Assembly (NCBI GenBank): GCA_001775995.1
Contig: MEZH01000001.1
Coordinates: forward strand, 32,001 to 96,000
DNA: 64,000 nucleotides
Reading direction: 5' to 3'
Source of the DNA: Candidatus Bathyarchaeota archaeon RBG_16_48_13
GTDB lineage: Archaea > Thermoproteota > Bathyarchaeia > RBG-16-48-13
The notes below the pieces were generated by a model. It did not search any database, had not been told where the DNA came from, and saw nothing but the letters and a program-made list of their open reading frames with translations. Shown here piece after piece: positions 18,883 through 28,092 of the stretch (the stretch's first letter is position 1; each line of letters opens with the position of its first letter). A program made the position numbers and the translations under genes.

Positions 18883-19019
18883 GCCTCGGTACCCAAACCT
18901 TGGGCGAGAGAGCTCAGCATGGTCAGATGCCTTGAGTGCGAAGGCGGGCTAAAGCGCCAGCTTGGTATCCATCAACAAAGAGCTGTAGGTCGCGGGTCCG
19001 AATCCCGCCCGGGGCTCCA
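18883..19019 (+). tRNA. tRNA-Thr(GGT), introns at 8/9 (18891-18910), 22/23 (18927-18952) and 37/38 (18968-18980), CCA encoded
   Basis: Strict BHBs CTCG/CGAG and GGTC/GGCT, relaxed third motif; spliced length 78 nt; T73. Confidence 0.87.
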
Positions 19020-19389
19020 AGATTTTCCACTTTAATTATGAAGGAAAAAAAGGAAGAATAATGATCACATGCCCGTGGAAGGGCACAATACCCGAAAAAG
19101 GCTATTCGTAACTACTTTTTCTTTGGTTTTGCTTTTGCTTTCTTCTTGGACATTATAGAGTTCTCCGACTCGATAATTTTGTAGCTTTTAGAATAAAAAA
19201 CTTTACATCGAGAAACTGGCCCTAAACCAATTCGAAGAAGAGTTTGGAACCAAACCGCACCTTAGACGCATTCTGGAGCGGTATTTGGAAGCTGTTATTT
19301 CATAGAAAAAATTTAAAGACTCGTTTTGAGTCAATTAAGCGCCTTTATAGAGGAAACTCGTCTTTAAGACTTCACAATGAGGAACCTAA

Positions 19390-20223
19390 ATGTACCAGAT
19401 AGTAGCCGAAATAGAACTGGCGCCTAACATAAAGCAATTCAGAATCAATGCCCCGCTGATAGCAAAGAAATGTATGCCAGGTCAGTTCATAGTTCTCCGA
19501 ACGAACGAGAAAGGAGAAAGAATTCCTCTAACTGTCTTCGAAAAAGATCCCGGGGAAGGGACGATTACAATAATATTCCAAGAAGTGGGGAAAACTACCA
19601 AGGAGCTCGGTAGATTGAGAACCGGGGAGGCCATTCAAGACGTCGTTGGACCGCTCGGCACTCCTTCCGAAATTAGAAATTATGGTCAAGTCGTGGCGAT
19701 AGCTGGCGGAACGGCTGCTGCTGTGGCTTATCCGGAGATTAAGGCTTTGAAACTAGTTGGAAACAAACTGATAACCATTTTGGGTGCTCGCAGTAAGGAT
19801 CTCTTAATTCTTGAGGAAGAAATGAGAAAATACAGTGATGAATTATACATAACGACCGATGATGGCTCAAAGGGTCACCATGGTTTTGTGACAGATGTTC
19901 TCAAGAAGCTTGTTGCTGATGGTAAGAAAATCGACATGGTTCTAGCTATAGGGCCAGCTATAATGATGAAGGTCGCTTCAGAGATTACTCGACCTTTCAA
20001 CATACGGACGATTGTTAGCGTCAACCCTATTATGTTGGACGCTACAGGGATGTGTGGCGTCTGTAGAGTAAGGGTGAACAACGAGATGAAGTTGGGCTGC
20101 GTTGACGGACCGGAATTTGATGGGCACCTAGTGGATTTTGATCAACTTATGGCCCGCCAAAATATGTATACAGAAAAGGAAAAGGAATCCCTTCACGCAT
20201 ACGAAGCCAAAATGAAAAAATGA
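19390..20223 (+). CDS. sudB: NfnA/SudB-type FAD/NAD-binding 2Fe-2S subunit
   Basis: PGQFIVLR, ERIPLT, GPLG, TDDGS, NPIMLDATGMCGVCRV, CVDGPEF. Confidence 0.88.
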   Translation: MYQIVAEIELAPNIKQFRINAPLIAKKCMPGQFIVLRTNEKGERIPLTVFEKDPGEGTITIIFQEVGKTTKELGRLRTGEAIQDVVGPLGTPSEIRNYGQVVAIAGGTAAAVAYPEIKALKLVGNKLITILGARSKDLLILEEEMRKYSDELYITTDDGSKGHHGFVTDVLKKLVADGKKIDMVLAIGPAIMMKVASEITRPFNIRTIVSVNPIMLDATGMCGVCRVRVNNEMKLGCVDGPEFDGHLVDFDQLMARQNMYTEKEKESLHAYEAKMKK

Positions 20224-20236
20224 AAGGTGCAGGATA

Positions 20237-21724
20237 TTGGAGCTAAATAAAATAGACACAGGAATTTCAACCAAAGAGATGATATTGAACATAGTACTTT
20301 ACAAGGAAGACCCAAACTATCCAACAGTCTACAGATATTTTAGAAGACAGGAAATGCCAAAGCAACCCATAGTAGAGAGGATCAAGAACTTCAACGAAGT
20401 TGCTTTAGGTTTTGAGCCGGACCAAGCTATAATGGAAGCGAGCAGATGTCTGCAATGCCAAGATCCTCAATGTCGAAGGGGCTGTCCTGTTGGCATCAAT
20501 ATCACATCTTTCTGCGGGTATGTTAGAGAAGGAAATTTTGACAAGGCCATCTCAGTGATTAGAGAAAGCAACAGTCTTCCAGCAATATGTGGCAGAGTCT
20601 GCCCTCAGGAGAGTCAATGTGAAGCTTACTGCGCGATGGGTCAAACAGGGTCGCCTCTAGCTATCGGAGCTTTGGAGAGATTCTTAGCTGATTACGAATT
20701 GAAGAAGGGAATTACGATGCCTAGTATCGCTCCAATTACTGGAAAAAAGGTTGCTGTAATTGGATCTGGACCAGCAGGATTGACTGTAGCTGGGGACCTA
20801 GCCAAGTTAGGTCACATTGTCTCTATCTTTGAAGCTCTCCACACACCAGGTGGCGTACTAGCTTACGGTATACCTGAATTCAGATTGCCTAAGTCGATTG
20901 TGGCTGCCGAGGTTGACTATGTCAAAAGACTTGGTGCAAAGCTGGAGACTAACATGGTAATTGGAAAGATTTTCACAATCGATGAACTCGTTGAAATGGG
21001 GTACCAAGCGATTTTTCTAGGGACTGGAGCTGGATCGCCTTATTTTCTTAGTATATCTGGAGAAAATCTGAATGGAGTCTACTCGGCAAATGAGTTCTTG
21101 ACCAGATGCAATTTAATGAAGTCATATCTCTTTCCAGAATACGATACGCCTCTGATTGTGGGAAAGGAAGTTGTAGTGATCGGAGGAGGAAATGTGACAA
21201 TGGATTCTGCCCGAACCGCTTTGAGGCTCGGGGTGGAGAAGGTACATGTGGTATATAGGCGATCTGAACAGGAGATGCCAGCTCGAAGAGAAGAGGTTCT
21301 GAATGCTAAAGATGAGGGGATACTGTTTAATTTCTTGACATACCCTCTGCGACTCATAGGCAACTCTAGGGGTTGGGTTGAGAAGGTAGAATGCGGAATG
21401 ATGGAACTTTGTGAGCCTGATGAAACGGGTAGGAGAAGACCAGTACCGATCCCCAATCATAGTTTCACGATAGATGCTCAGACAGTGATCATAGCTATAG
21501 GTCAGGGACCAAATCCGCTCCTGTCAAAAGTGACAAAAGATCTTGAAACGGACAGAGATGGCCGTTTCATAGCTGACGAATGGGGAAGGACATCAAAGAG
21601 GGGCATTTGGTCAGGGGGAGATGTTGCAACCGGGTGGGCGGATGCAACGGTCATCAACGCCATGGGTACGGGAAAGAGGGCGGCATCTTCAATTCATCAA
21701 TTCCTGACAACTGGCCAATGGTAA
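20237..21724 (+). CDS. sudA: NfnB/SudA-type (glutamate synthase small-subunit-like) oxidoreductase
   Basis: RCLQC..PQC..GCP, CGRVCPQE..CE, GSGPAG, GGGNV..D.AR, GGD. Confidence 0.88.
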   Translation: MELNKIDTGISTKEMILNIVLYKEDPNYPTVYRYFRRQEMPKQPIVERIKNFNEVALGFEPDQAIMEASRCLQCQDPQCRRGCPVGINITSFCGYVREGNFDKAISVIRESNSLPAICGRVCPQESQCEAYCAMGQTGSPLAIGALERFLADYELKKGITMPSIAPITGKKVAVIGSGPAGLTVAGDLAKLGHIVSIFEALHTPGGVLAYGIPEFRLPKSIVAAEVDYVKRLGAKLETNMVIGKIFTIDELVEMGYQAIFLGTGAGSPYFLSISGENLNGVYSANEFLTRCNLMKSYLFPEYDTPLIVGKEVVVIGGGNVTMDSARTALRLGVEKVHVVYRRSEQEMPARREEVLNAKDEGILFNFLTYPLRLIGNSRGWVEKVECGMMELCEPDETGRRRPVPIPNHSFTIDAQTVIIAIGQGPNPLLSKVTKDLETDRDGRFIADEWGRTSKRGIWSGGDVATGWADATVINAMGTGKRAASSIHQFLTTGQW

Positions 21725-21748
21725 ACCGCCGTCATTTCTTATCGCAGT

Positions 21749-22590
21749 TTGAGATTGCTTCTTGGGTGGAACGATGATTTGAACTGGAACACTCTCATAT
21801 TAGAGGCAGCCACAGAAGTAAAGCGAAGAGTCACACATCTAGTTGGGACAAATGAGGGCAGAAGATCTTTTGGAATTGGAGCTGGCGGGGACACCACAAG
21901 AAAAATAGACAAGGCTGCGGAAGAAGCGATCGTTGATACCTTGAATTATCAGTGTGCTGCACCTTTGTGAGCGAGGAAATGGGCACTAAGATCATAGGTG
22001 GAGAATCAGATTTATTCGTGGTGGCGGACCCTGTTGATGGGACAACTAACGCACTTCATAGCATAGATTTCTATGCTACATCCATAGCAATCTCTGACAA
22101 ACCATTTTTGGACGGGGTGTTCTACGGATTAGTAATGAATCTGGTGAATGGTGAAGTATTTGAGGCTGGAAGAGGAAGAGGAGCTCTCCACAACGGACAG
22201 CCATTAGAGGTATCAAGCGAGACGGACGTCGCTTCGAGCATTGTAGGTATAGACTTAAGTGGAATCGATAAAATCATGCTGAAAAGAGTTGAACCAATTA
22301 TTTTGAGTTGCCGTCATCTAAGGCATTTTGGCGCCAACGCATTAGAGTTATGTCAAGTGGCTTCTGGACTGATAGAAGTATTTATCGATATTAGAGATAG
22401 GATTCGAGCTACTGACATAGCAGCAGCTTACTTACTACTAAGAGAGGCGGGTGGAGTGGTGCTGGATCCTACTGGGGTTGAACTAAATGTACCCTTGACC
22501 CCCAAATCCAGAGCATCTTTGATAGCCGGAAACCCAAAGATATGCAATAGGATTCTGGACAAATTCAGAATAGCCTCAAAGATTTACTGA
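21749..22590 (+). pseudogene. Inositol monophosphatase / FBPase family, split by a frameshift near 21950
   Basis: GAGGDTTRKIDKAAEE in frame 1; VSEE, DPVDGTTN, RATDIAA in frame 2. Confidence 0.85.
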
Positions 22591-22672
22591 TCGTGGCAGC
22601 AGATGATTCTTACTCCTTAACGGATCGAAGCTAAGTCAGGATTGATGTGGGTAGGTGTTTTTAGGATTTCAA

Positions 22673-22760
22673 TGGTGCGGAGGAAGGGATTTGAACCCTT
22701 GGACTCCTGCGAGACAAGGTCCTGAGCCTTGCGCCTTTGACCAAACTTGGCTACCTCCGC
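22673..22760 (-). tRNA. tRNA-Leu(CAG), no intron
   Basis: GCGGAGG/CCTCCGC, long variable arm, CCA encoded. Confidence 0.96.
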
Positions 22761-22883
22761 TGCAAACTAACCATAAGGGATATGCTCTCTCCCTTAAATA
22801 TCATTACTTAGAAAGAACAGAAACATTTCCAATTGAGAATCTTTTGAGTAAAGTGGACGAAATTGAGTTTAGCTTTAGAAAGA

Positions 22884-22971
22884 TGGTGCGGGGAGTGGGA
22901 CTTGAACCCACGAAGGCCTGCGCCATAGGAGCCTCAGTCCTACTCCTTAGACCTAGCTCGGAAATCCCCGC
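22884..22971 (-). tRNA. tRNA-Leu(GAG), no intron
   Basis: GCGGGGA/TCCCCGC, long variable arm, CCA encoded. Confidence 0.96.
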
Positions 22972-23037
22972 CTTGCCGACCAGAATCTAGATGGAATATT
23001 TCTTAGCTATTAAGGTATTCCAATTCCAAATGAATGA

Positions 23038-23111
23038 AGCCTCGGCCGGGCTTCGATCCCGGGACTTACGGCTTACGAGGTCGTCGCTCTACCAGACTGA
23101 GCCACCGAGGC
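23038..23111 (-). tRNA. tRNA-Thr(CGT), no intron, atypical T-loop
   Basis: GCCTCGG/CCGAGGC, loop CTCGTAA, T-loop ATCGAAG. Confidence 0.85.
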
Positions 23112-23202
23112 ACACTAACTATTGGAGAGGTAGAGGTTTTTAAAGAAATTTTTCATAATCTAAGGATATTATGTATAGACTCCTAATTGTGGGGCGTGAT
23201 AA

Positions 23203-24237
23203 GTGTTGTTGAGAGCTAAGGATCTTGGGGAATGGAAGATAATAGATATCTTCCATAAGAATTTCGAGGAAGCTCCTGATCTTCTAGTGCCCTTTGGCGA
23301 TGATGTCTCTGTGGTTGACCTTGGAAAAGATGCTTTGGCAGCAATTAAGACGGATATGTTGGTAGCTTCGACCGATGTGCCACCTGGGATGACGGACTGG
23401 CAAGTGGGTAGAAAAGCAGTGGTCGGAACGATAAGCGATTTTGCAGCAAAAGGGGTCGAACCCAAGGCCGTACTGGTCTCTTTGGGTATTCCTGCTGAAT
23501 ATTCGAAAATCAGCTTGGAAGCTTTAGCCAAAGGAGTCAATGCCGGGGCCAGAGAATACGGTGCCTTTGTCCTCGGAGGTGACACAAATGAGTCCAGAGA
23601 TCTGGTAATTGCAGTTATGCTCTTGGGGGCGACAAGAAAAGGCCAAATAACTCTCCGAAGCACAGCGAAACCCAATGATATTGTAGCTGTCACTGGCCCA
23701 TTTGGGAAGACTGCGGCAGGGCTACAATGCCTTGTTGATAAAACGGTAAGAATTCGCAGGAAGCTGGAAGCGGAACTATTGGAAGCCTTGTACATGCCGA
23801 AAGCAAGACTAAATGAGGGACTGACCCTGAGCAAGCGTGGTCTAACAACTTCCATAATTGATTCTAGCGATGGGCTAGCTTGGAGTCTTCACGAATTATC
23901 CAAATCAAGTAGAAAGGGGTTCATTGTAGACAAGTTGCCAACAACTGAGTCTGTGAAGGAATATGCAAAAATGAGCAACATTAAGCTTGAGGATCTTATC
24001 CTCTACGGTGGCGAGGAATATGAATTGGTCATGACTGTAAACCAAGAGAAATGGGAAGAAGCCAAAGAGGCTATTGAACAAGTCGGTGGAAAACTCATTA
24101 GAATTGGTCGCACAACACGTGAGCGAGGTGTTAGATACAAAAGAGGTCATGATACGATACTTATTGAATCTCGTGGATGGGAACACTTCAAATCAGGTGA
24201 TCAAAACAAGGAGACTCTAGCAAGGAGATTCAGGTAA
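23203..24237 (+). CDS. thiL: Thiamine-monophosphate kinase
   Basis: FGDD, KTDML, SDFAAKG, GGDTN, DSSDGL, GGEEYEL. Confidence 0.93.
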   Translation: MLLRAKDLGEWKIIDIFHKNFEEAPDLLVPFGDDVSVVDLGKDALAAIKTDMLVASTDVPPGMTDWQVGRKAVVGTISDFAAKGVEPKAVLVSLGIPAEYSKISLEALAKGVNAGAREYGAFVLGGDTNESRDLVIAVMLLGATRKGQITLRSTAKPNDIVAVTGPFGKTAAGLQCLVDKTVRIRRKLEAELLEALYMPKARLNEGLTLSKRGLTTSIIDSSDGLAWSLHELSKSSRKGFIVDKLPTTESVKEYAKMSNIKLEDLILYGGEEYELVMTVNQEKWEEAKEAIEQVGGKLIRIGRTTRERGVRYKRGHDTILIESRGWEHFKSGDQNKETLARRFR

Positions 24238-24300
24238 AGATGACTAATTTGTGAAAGATCATCACGCATGCGATGCAAGCTTTCTCGCATGTAATTGTAG

Positions 24301-24445
24301 CGGGCCCGACGGGAATTGAACCCGTGACCCCCGGATTTCTTCTTTTCTCATTAAAAGTTTCACCGAAGCGCCATTTTCAGGCGACCTCTCCGATGCTCTT
24401 CCTAGCTGAGCCTCCCGGCCGAAACAAAGATCGGCTTACGGGCCC
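24301..24445 (-). tRNA. tRNA-Lys(TTT), introns at 9/10 (24412-24436), 30/31 (24359-24389) and 37/38 (24337-24351)
   Basis: BHB central helices CCCG/CGGG, CATC/GGTG, CTTT/GAAG; spliced length 74 nt. Confidence 0.9.
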
Positions 24446-24514
24446 ATGGACCCGCTAAGAAGCTTTCTCAAACGGAATCTTCCTAATAACTTTTCCTCTT
24501 CCATTTGTTATAGT

Positions 24515-24527
24515 AAAAATTTAAATA
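24515..24527 (+). promoter_or_regulatory. Probable BRE/TATA for tRNA-Asp
   Basis: AAAAA-TTTAAATA ending about 26 nt upstream of G1. Confidence 0.55.
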
Positions 24528-24553
24528 AAAACTGCTCATTCAATGTGATGGAA

Positions 24554-24683
24554 GCCCTGGTAGTATAGCCCGGCCTAGTATGTGCGGCTGAACCCGAAAA
24601 AAGGGTAGCCGAATCACCCGCACGACCCGGGTTCAAATCCCGGCCAAAGGAAAGAAAAGAATCTTTCCTACCGAAGGGCGCCA
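24554..24683 (+). tRNA. tRNA-Asp(GTC), introns at 34/35 (24591-24613) and 68/69 (24647-24675), CCA encoded
   Basis: BHBs CGGC/GCCG and CGGC/ACCG; spliced acceptor GCCCTGG/CCAGGGC, G73. Confidence 0.9.
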
Positions 24684-24769
24684 CACTTTGATAGTGCCGG
24701 GGCTTCGCCATTCCATCAATTGACCGGTTGTCATTTTTATAAGCTCCAAGAGCGATAGATCATTTCCAG

Positions 24770-25774
24770 ATGACGAAAATGGCAACTTTGGGAATAGCGA
24801 TAACTCCCAGTAAGAGTCCATTGGAATATGTTAAGATTGCCCAGTTGTGCGAAACGATGGGTGTAGAATATATCTGGGTGGCTGACGAAATACCTTCTTC
24901 TCCGTATCGAGACCCATTTGTAACTATGACAATCTTAGCCCTGAACACAAAGAAAGTGAAACTTGGCACAGACATCACAAACCCTTACACACGACATCTA
25001 GCACATATTGCCGCGGCGATGTTATCTATAGATGAGATTTCTAATGGAAGAGCCGTAATTGGTCTTGGGCCAGGTGGCTCCCTGACTCTTCAGCCTTTGG
25101 GAATAAGGTTATGGGACAAACCTTTACTAACTGTCAGAGAAGCAGTCAATCTTCTTGGACGACTCGTAAACGGGGAAATCGTAAACCACGATAGCTCCCC
25201 CATGAAAATGGTCAGAGTCCAAATGTTCCGCAAAAGTAAGATTCCTATCTATTTAGCTGCCCGAGGAGAAGGAATGCTGTCTCTTGCGGGCGAGATAGCC
25301 GATGGAGTCCTTCCCACATCTCCAATAAAACTATTGAGGAATCAGGTGAATTTAATAAAGGAAAGTGCTAGGAAAGCAGGTCGCGACATCTCGAAGATTG
25401 ACATAGCAAACACTATACCCCTTTCAGTTTCCATGAATGAAAACCAAGCGCGAGAAGCAATAAAGCCCGAGATAACCTACATGATCACCAATCTTCCAAA
25501 ATCATGGCTTGTACAACTAGACATGAGCGAAAACGAGCAAGAGATTGTTAGAAAAGCCCTCTTCAAGGGAGGAATAATAGAAGCACAAAAGAAGATTAAA
25601 GACAAAATGGTAGACGCTCTCGGAATAGTTGGTACTCCTAAAACTTGCGCACAAAAATTCAGGGAAATGATGAATGCTGGGGCGACCCAAGTAGTCTTGT
25701 CATCACCCTTTGGCCCGGATCTGAAGGAGGCTTTCAATCTCATAAAGGACGACGTTATACCGAGACTTAAATAG
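24770..25774 (+). CDS. LLM-class (Mer-like, probably F420-dependent) oxidoreductase
   Basis: WVADE, LGTDITNPYTRH, SNGRAVIGLG, IYLAA.G, AGEIADG. Confidence 0.85.
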   Translation: MTKMATLGIAITPSKSPLEYVKIAQLCETMGVEYIWVADEIPSSPYRDPFVTMTILALNTKKVKLGTDITNPYTRHLAHIAAAMLSIDEISNGRAVIGLGPGGSLTLQPLGIRLWDKPLLTVREAVNLLGRLVNGEIVNHDSSPMKMVRVQMFRKSKIPIYLAARGEGMLSLAGEIADGVLPTSPIKLLRNQVNLIKESARKAGRDISKIDIANTIPLSVSMNENQAREAIKPEITYMITNLPKSWLVQLDMSENEQEIVRKALFKGGIIEAQKKIKDKMVDALGIVGTPKTCAQKFREMMNAGATQVVLSSPFGPDLKEAFNLIKDDVIPRLK

Positions 25775-25797
25775 TCTTGGAAACAAATTCTTTATTT

Positions 25798-26805
25798 TCA
25801 AGCGTTCTCTTCAATTCTTGGGATTATATCTTCGTCAAGAAACCTAATCATCTTTTTCATATCTGCTCCAAGCGGAAATACTAGGTTGAACTCATCTATT
25901 CCTTTCTCTATGTATGCTCTAAAACGCCTCAGGCATTCTTGGGGAGTTCCCGTGATGGAGAGTTTCTCAACTACCTCATCTGATATTAGCTCGGAAGCCT
26001 TGTCCCAGTTGGGTACAGCATTCTGTATCGCTGCAACCTCTTCTAGGCCTATCTTGGCCATCTCCAACATCTGGTGTGGAGCCATTATCAGAAACTGAGG
26101 AAATGGAAAACGCTTGACTATGTTCCTCGCTGCATCACCATCCTCCGAGATCATGCACATTATGCAGTTTGCGTACCGAAAATTCTTCCTCCTGCCAGCA
26201 GTCTTTAGACCTTCTCCAACCTTGTTGATAGCATATCCAACGTACTCAACAGGCACCCCGTCTAAGAGAACTCCGTCAGCAACGCTCCCTGCTATCGTCA
26301 TCATCCTTGGCCTGCGGCAAGCTAGATAAATAGGCACTTCAGCTGGTCTTCGGTCAAGAAGGTGAGCCTCATGAGTCTCAAAAATCTCACCATCGTATGT
26401 GAGTTTCTCACCAGTCAGAATTCTCCTAACGATCTCTATGGTTTCTCTGCAACGTTTAACAGGCTGGTCCCATTTCATGTTGATGGCAGCAAGCATTTCT
26501 CTACTTCCAGCTCCAAGAGCTAAGAGAGCTCGTCCTCCGGAAATTTCGTTCAGATAGCCTATGGAAAAAGCTGTAACAAATGGATCGCGGGTGTATGGGT
26601 TGGTGGCTCCCAAGGCTAGTTCAACTCTCTTTGTTTCCCAGGCCATAATGTTTAGTATGGCGTATGGATCAGCATGAACCGCTCCGTCACCTGTCCAGAC
26701 AGTATCAATTCTTGATTCATCAGCGATCTTGCAGAACTCCTTTATCTCTTTCAAGCCGCCTCTGCTTATTGTAAAGGGTATTCCAGCTACTCCGAATTTG
26801 ACCAT
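25798..26805 (-). CDS. LLM-class (Mer-like) oxidoreductase, convergent paralog
   Basis: GATNPYTRDP, SGGRALLALGAG, PIYLA, AGSVADG. Confidence 0.85.
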   Translation of the reverse strand: MVKFGVAGIPFTISRGGLKEIKEFCKIADESRIDTVWTGDGAVHADPYAILNIMAWETKRVELALGATNPYTRDPFVTAFSIGYLNEISGGRALLALGAGSREMLAAINMKWDQPVKRCRETIEIVRRILTGEKLTYDGEIFETHEAHLLDRRPAEVPIYLACRRPRMMTIAGSVADGVLLDGVPVEYVGYAINKVGEGLKTAGRRKNFRYANCIMCMISEDGDAARNIVKRFPFPQFLIMAPHQMLEMAKIGLEEVAAIQNAVPNWDKASELISDEVVEKLSITGTPQECLRRFRAYIEKGIDEFNLVFPLGADMKKMIRFLDEDIIPRIEENA

Positions 26806-27177
26806 ATACTAGACCTTAATGTTCAAGTTAAAGATCATTTTCGTTGACATGTAATTTTTCTTGAGATGAAGTCGCCAGAATTCTGCAACACACAGAATTC
26901 TTCTTCCAATTTATGTCATAGAATTCAAAATGGAAAGATAGAGTATGAAAAAACTCTGACGGAAATATTGACAATGGTAATTGTCGAGTGAAAAGAATCA
27001 TTTTGAAAAATAATAACATGTACTGTTTTCGCGGAATGTAGCACGGAAAATTTAAAGTTGGAAGGGCTTGCGGCCGGATTTGCCAAATGACGATATGAAG
27101 GAGTTATGAACCTGCAGATTTGTAGCATGGCGGCACGCGCGCTCATGATAATTAATACTTTTGTTCTTTTCAAAGAG

Positions 27178-27640
27178 GGTACCAGTATGATACCAAGCGA
27201 TGACAGGGTCTCCAGTGGTACTACCACCACCCATCGGGGGTGTGTGGGTTTGTCCAGTACCCGGATGTGGTAAATCATACCCACTTGCGAATTAGGGGTG
27301 AGTGGAATGGCAGGGGGTGGCATATCTCAAAAGGAAGACTGGACCACCCGGGTACCAGTGGGTAGTATACCAGTGGTTTACCAGTGGTACCGGTAGGTAC
27401 CTGTAGTATACCGGGGAGGATCCCGGAAGTACTGGTGGTACCGGGGGTGGTACCCAAAAATACCAGTGAAGTACCAGGGGCCCCAGCGAGTACCGATTAA
27501 GAGCTAAACGACACACTCAGCGATCCTATAGGTGGTTCTGGGGACTCTGAAGACCCCAATAGTGGTTCAACTGACGGTGAAGTGGGGTAAGGTACCAGGG
27601 TGGGACCACCCACCAGGTCAAACCAAGGGGCTGGGTACCG
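27178..27640. repeat. Degenerate GGTACC / TACCAGTG-rich low-complexity tract
   Basis: Eight GGTACC sites (near 27178, 27351, 27386, 27396, 27437, 27449, 27591, 27634) plus further GTAC copies; visibly GC-richer than the flanks. Confidence 0.7.
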
Positions 27641-27870
27641 ACCAGGCCTACCACCCAGGTTCGCCTTTGACCCTGCCTCCATTCTAACATATATCGACAA
27701 ATACATTGACGAGAAACTCAAGAATGCGTTGAAGACAAGGGGTGCTGGGAGTTCCAAGTTCGAGGGGAGCGGACCGATGTACTACGAGGAGGATGGGATA
27801 CGGGTCTGGGAAACAAAAGACAACAACGCGCGCGCTCGGCTGCTTATTAATGTATTGACCCCACGGATTA
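27200..27870 (+). pseudogene. Degraded ORF: C2H2-like finger, low-complexity linker, C-terminal domain running into tRNA-Arg
   Basis: WVCPVPGCGKSY, then after a +1 shift GWHISKGRLDH; that frame continues with three in-frame stops into DPASILTYIDKYIDEKLK. Confidence 0.4.
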
Positions 27871-27987
27871 TGGCGGGCCCGGCAGGATTCGAACCCGCGA
27901 CTTCAGGCTCTCTCCACCTACAGAGGTGCCGAAGGCTTGCGCAATCTCTCCAGATTCTGCGCCCTATCCTGACTAGGCAACGGGCCC
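27871..27987 (-). tRNA. tRNA-Arg(TCG), introns at 29/30 (27937-27956) and 37/38 (27910-27928), CCA encoded
   Basis: BHBs GCGC/GCGC and CTTC/GGAG; CAGGC/GCCTG stem. Confidence 0.9.
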
Positions 27988-28092
27988 TAGAAATCTCTTT
28001 CATCAAGTGTTATGGCTATTTCAGACTTGAATCTATCGGTCTCATAGGATATCAATGTTTATTAACCAATTCTGCTCCATTCAGATTTTGGT

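Noticed and set aside
27178-27640. CRISPR array
   Set aside because: Repeats are 6-10 nt, irregularly spaced, with no constant repeat-spacer period and no cas genes.
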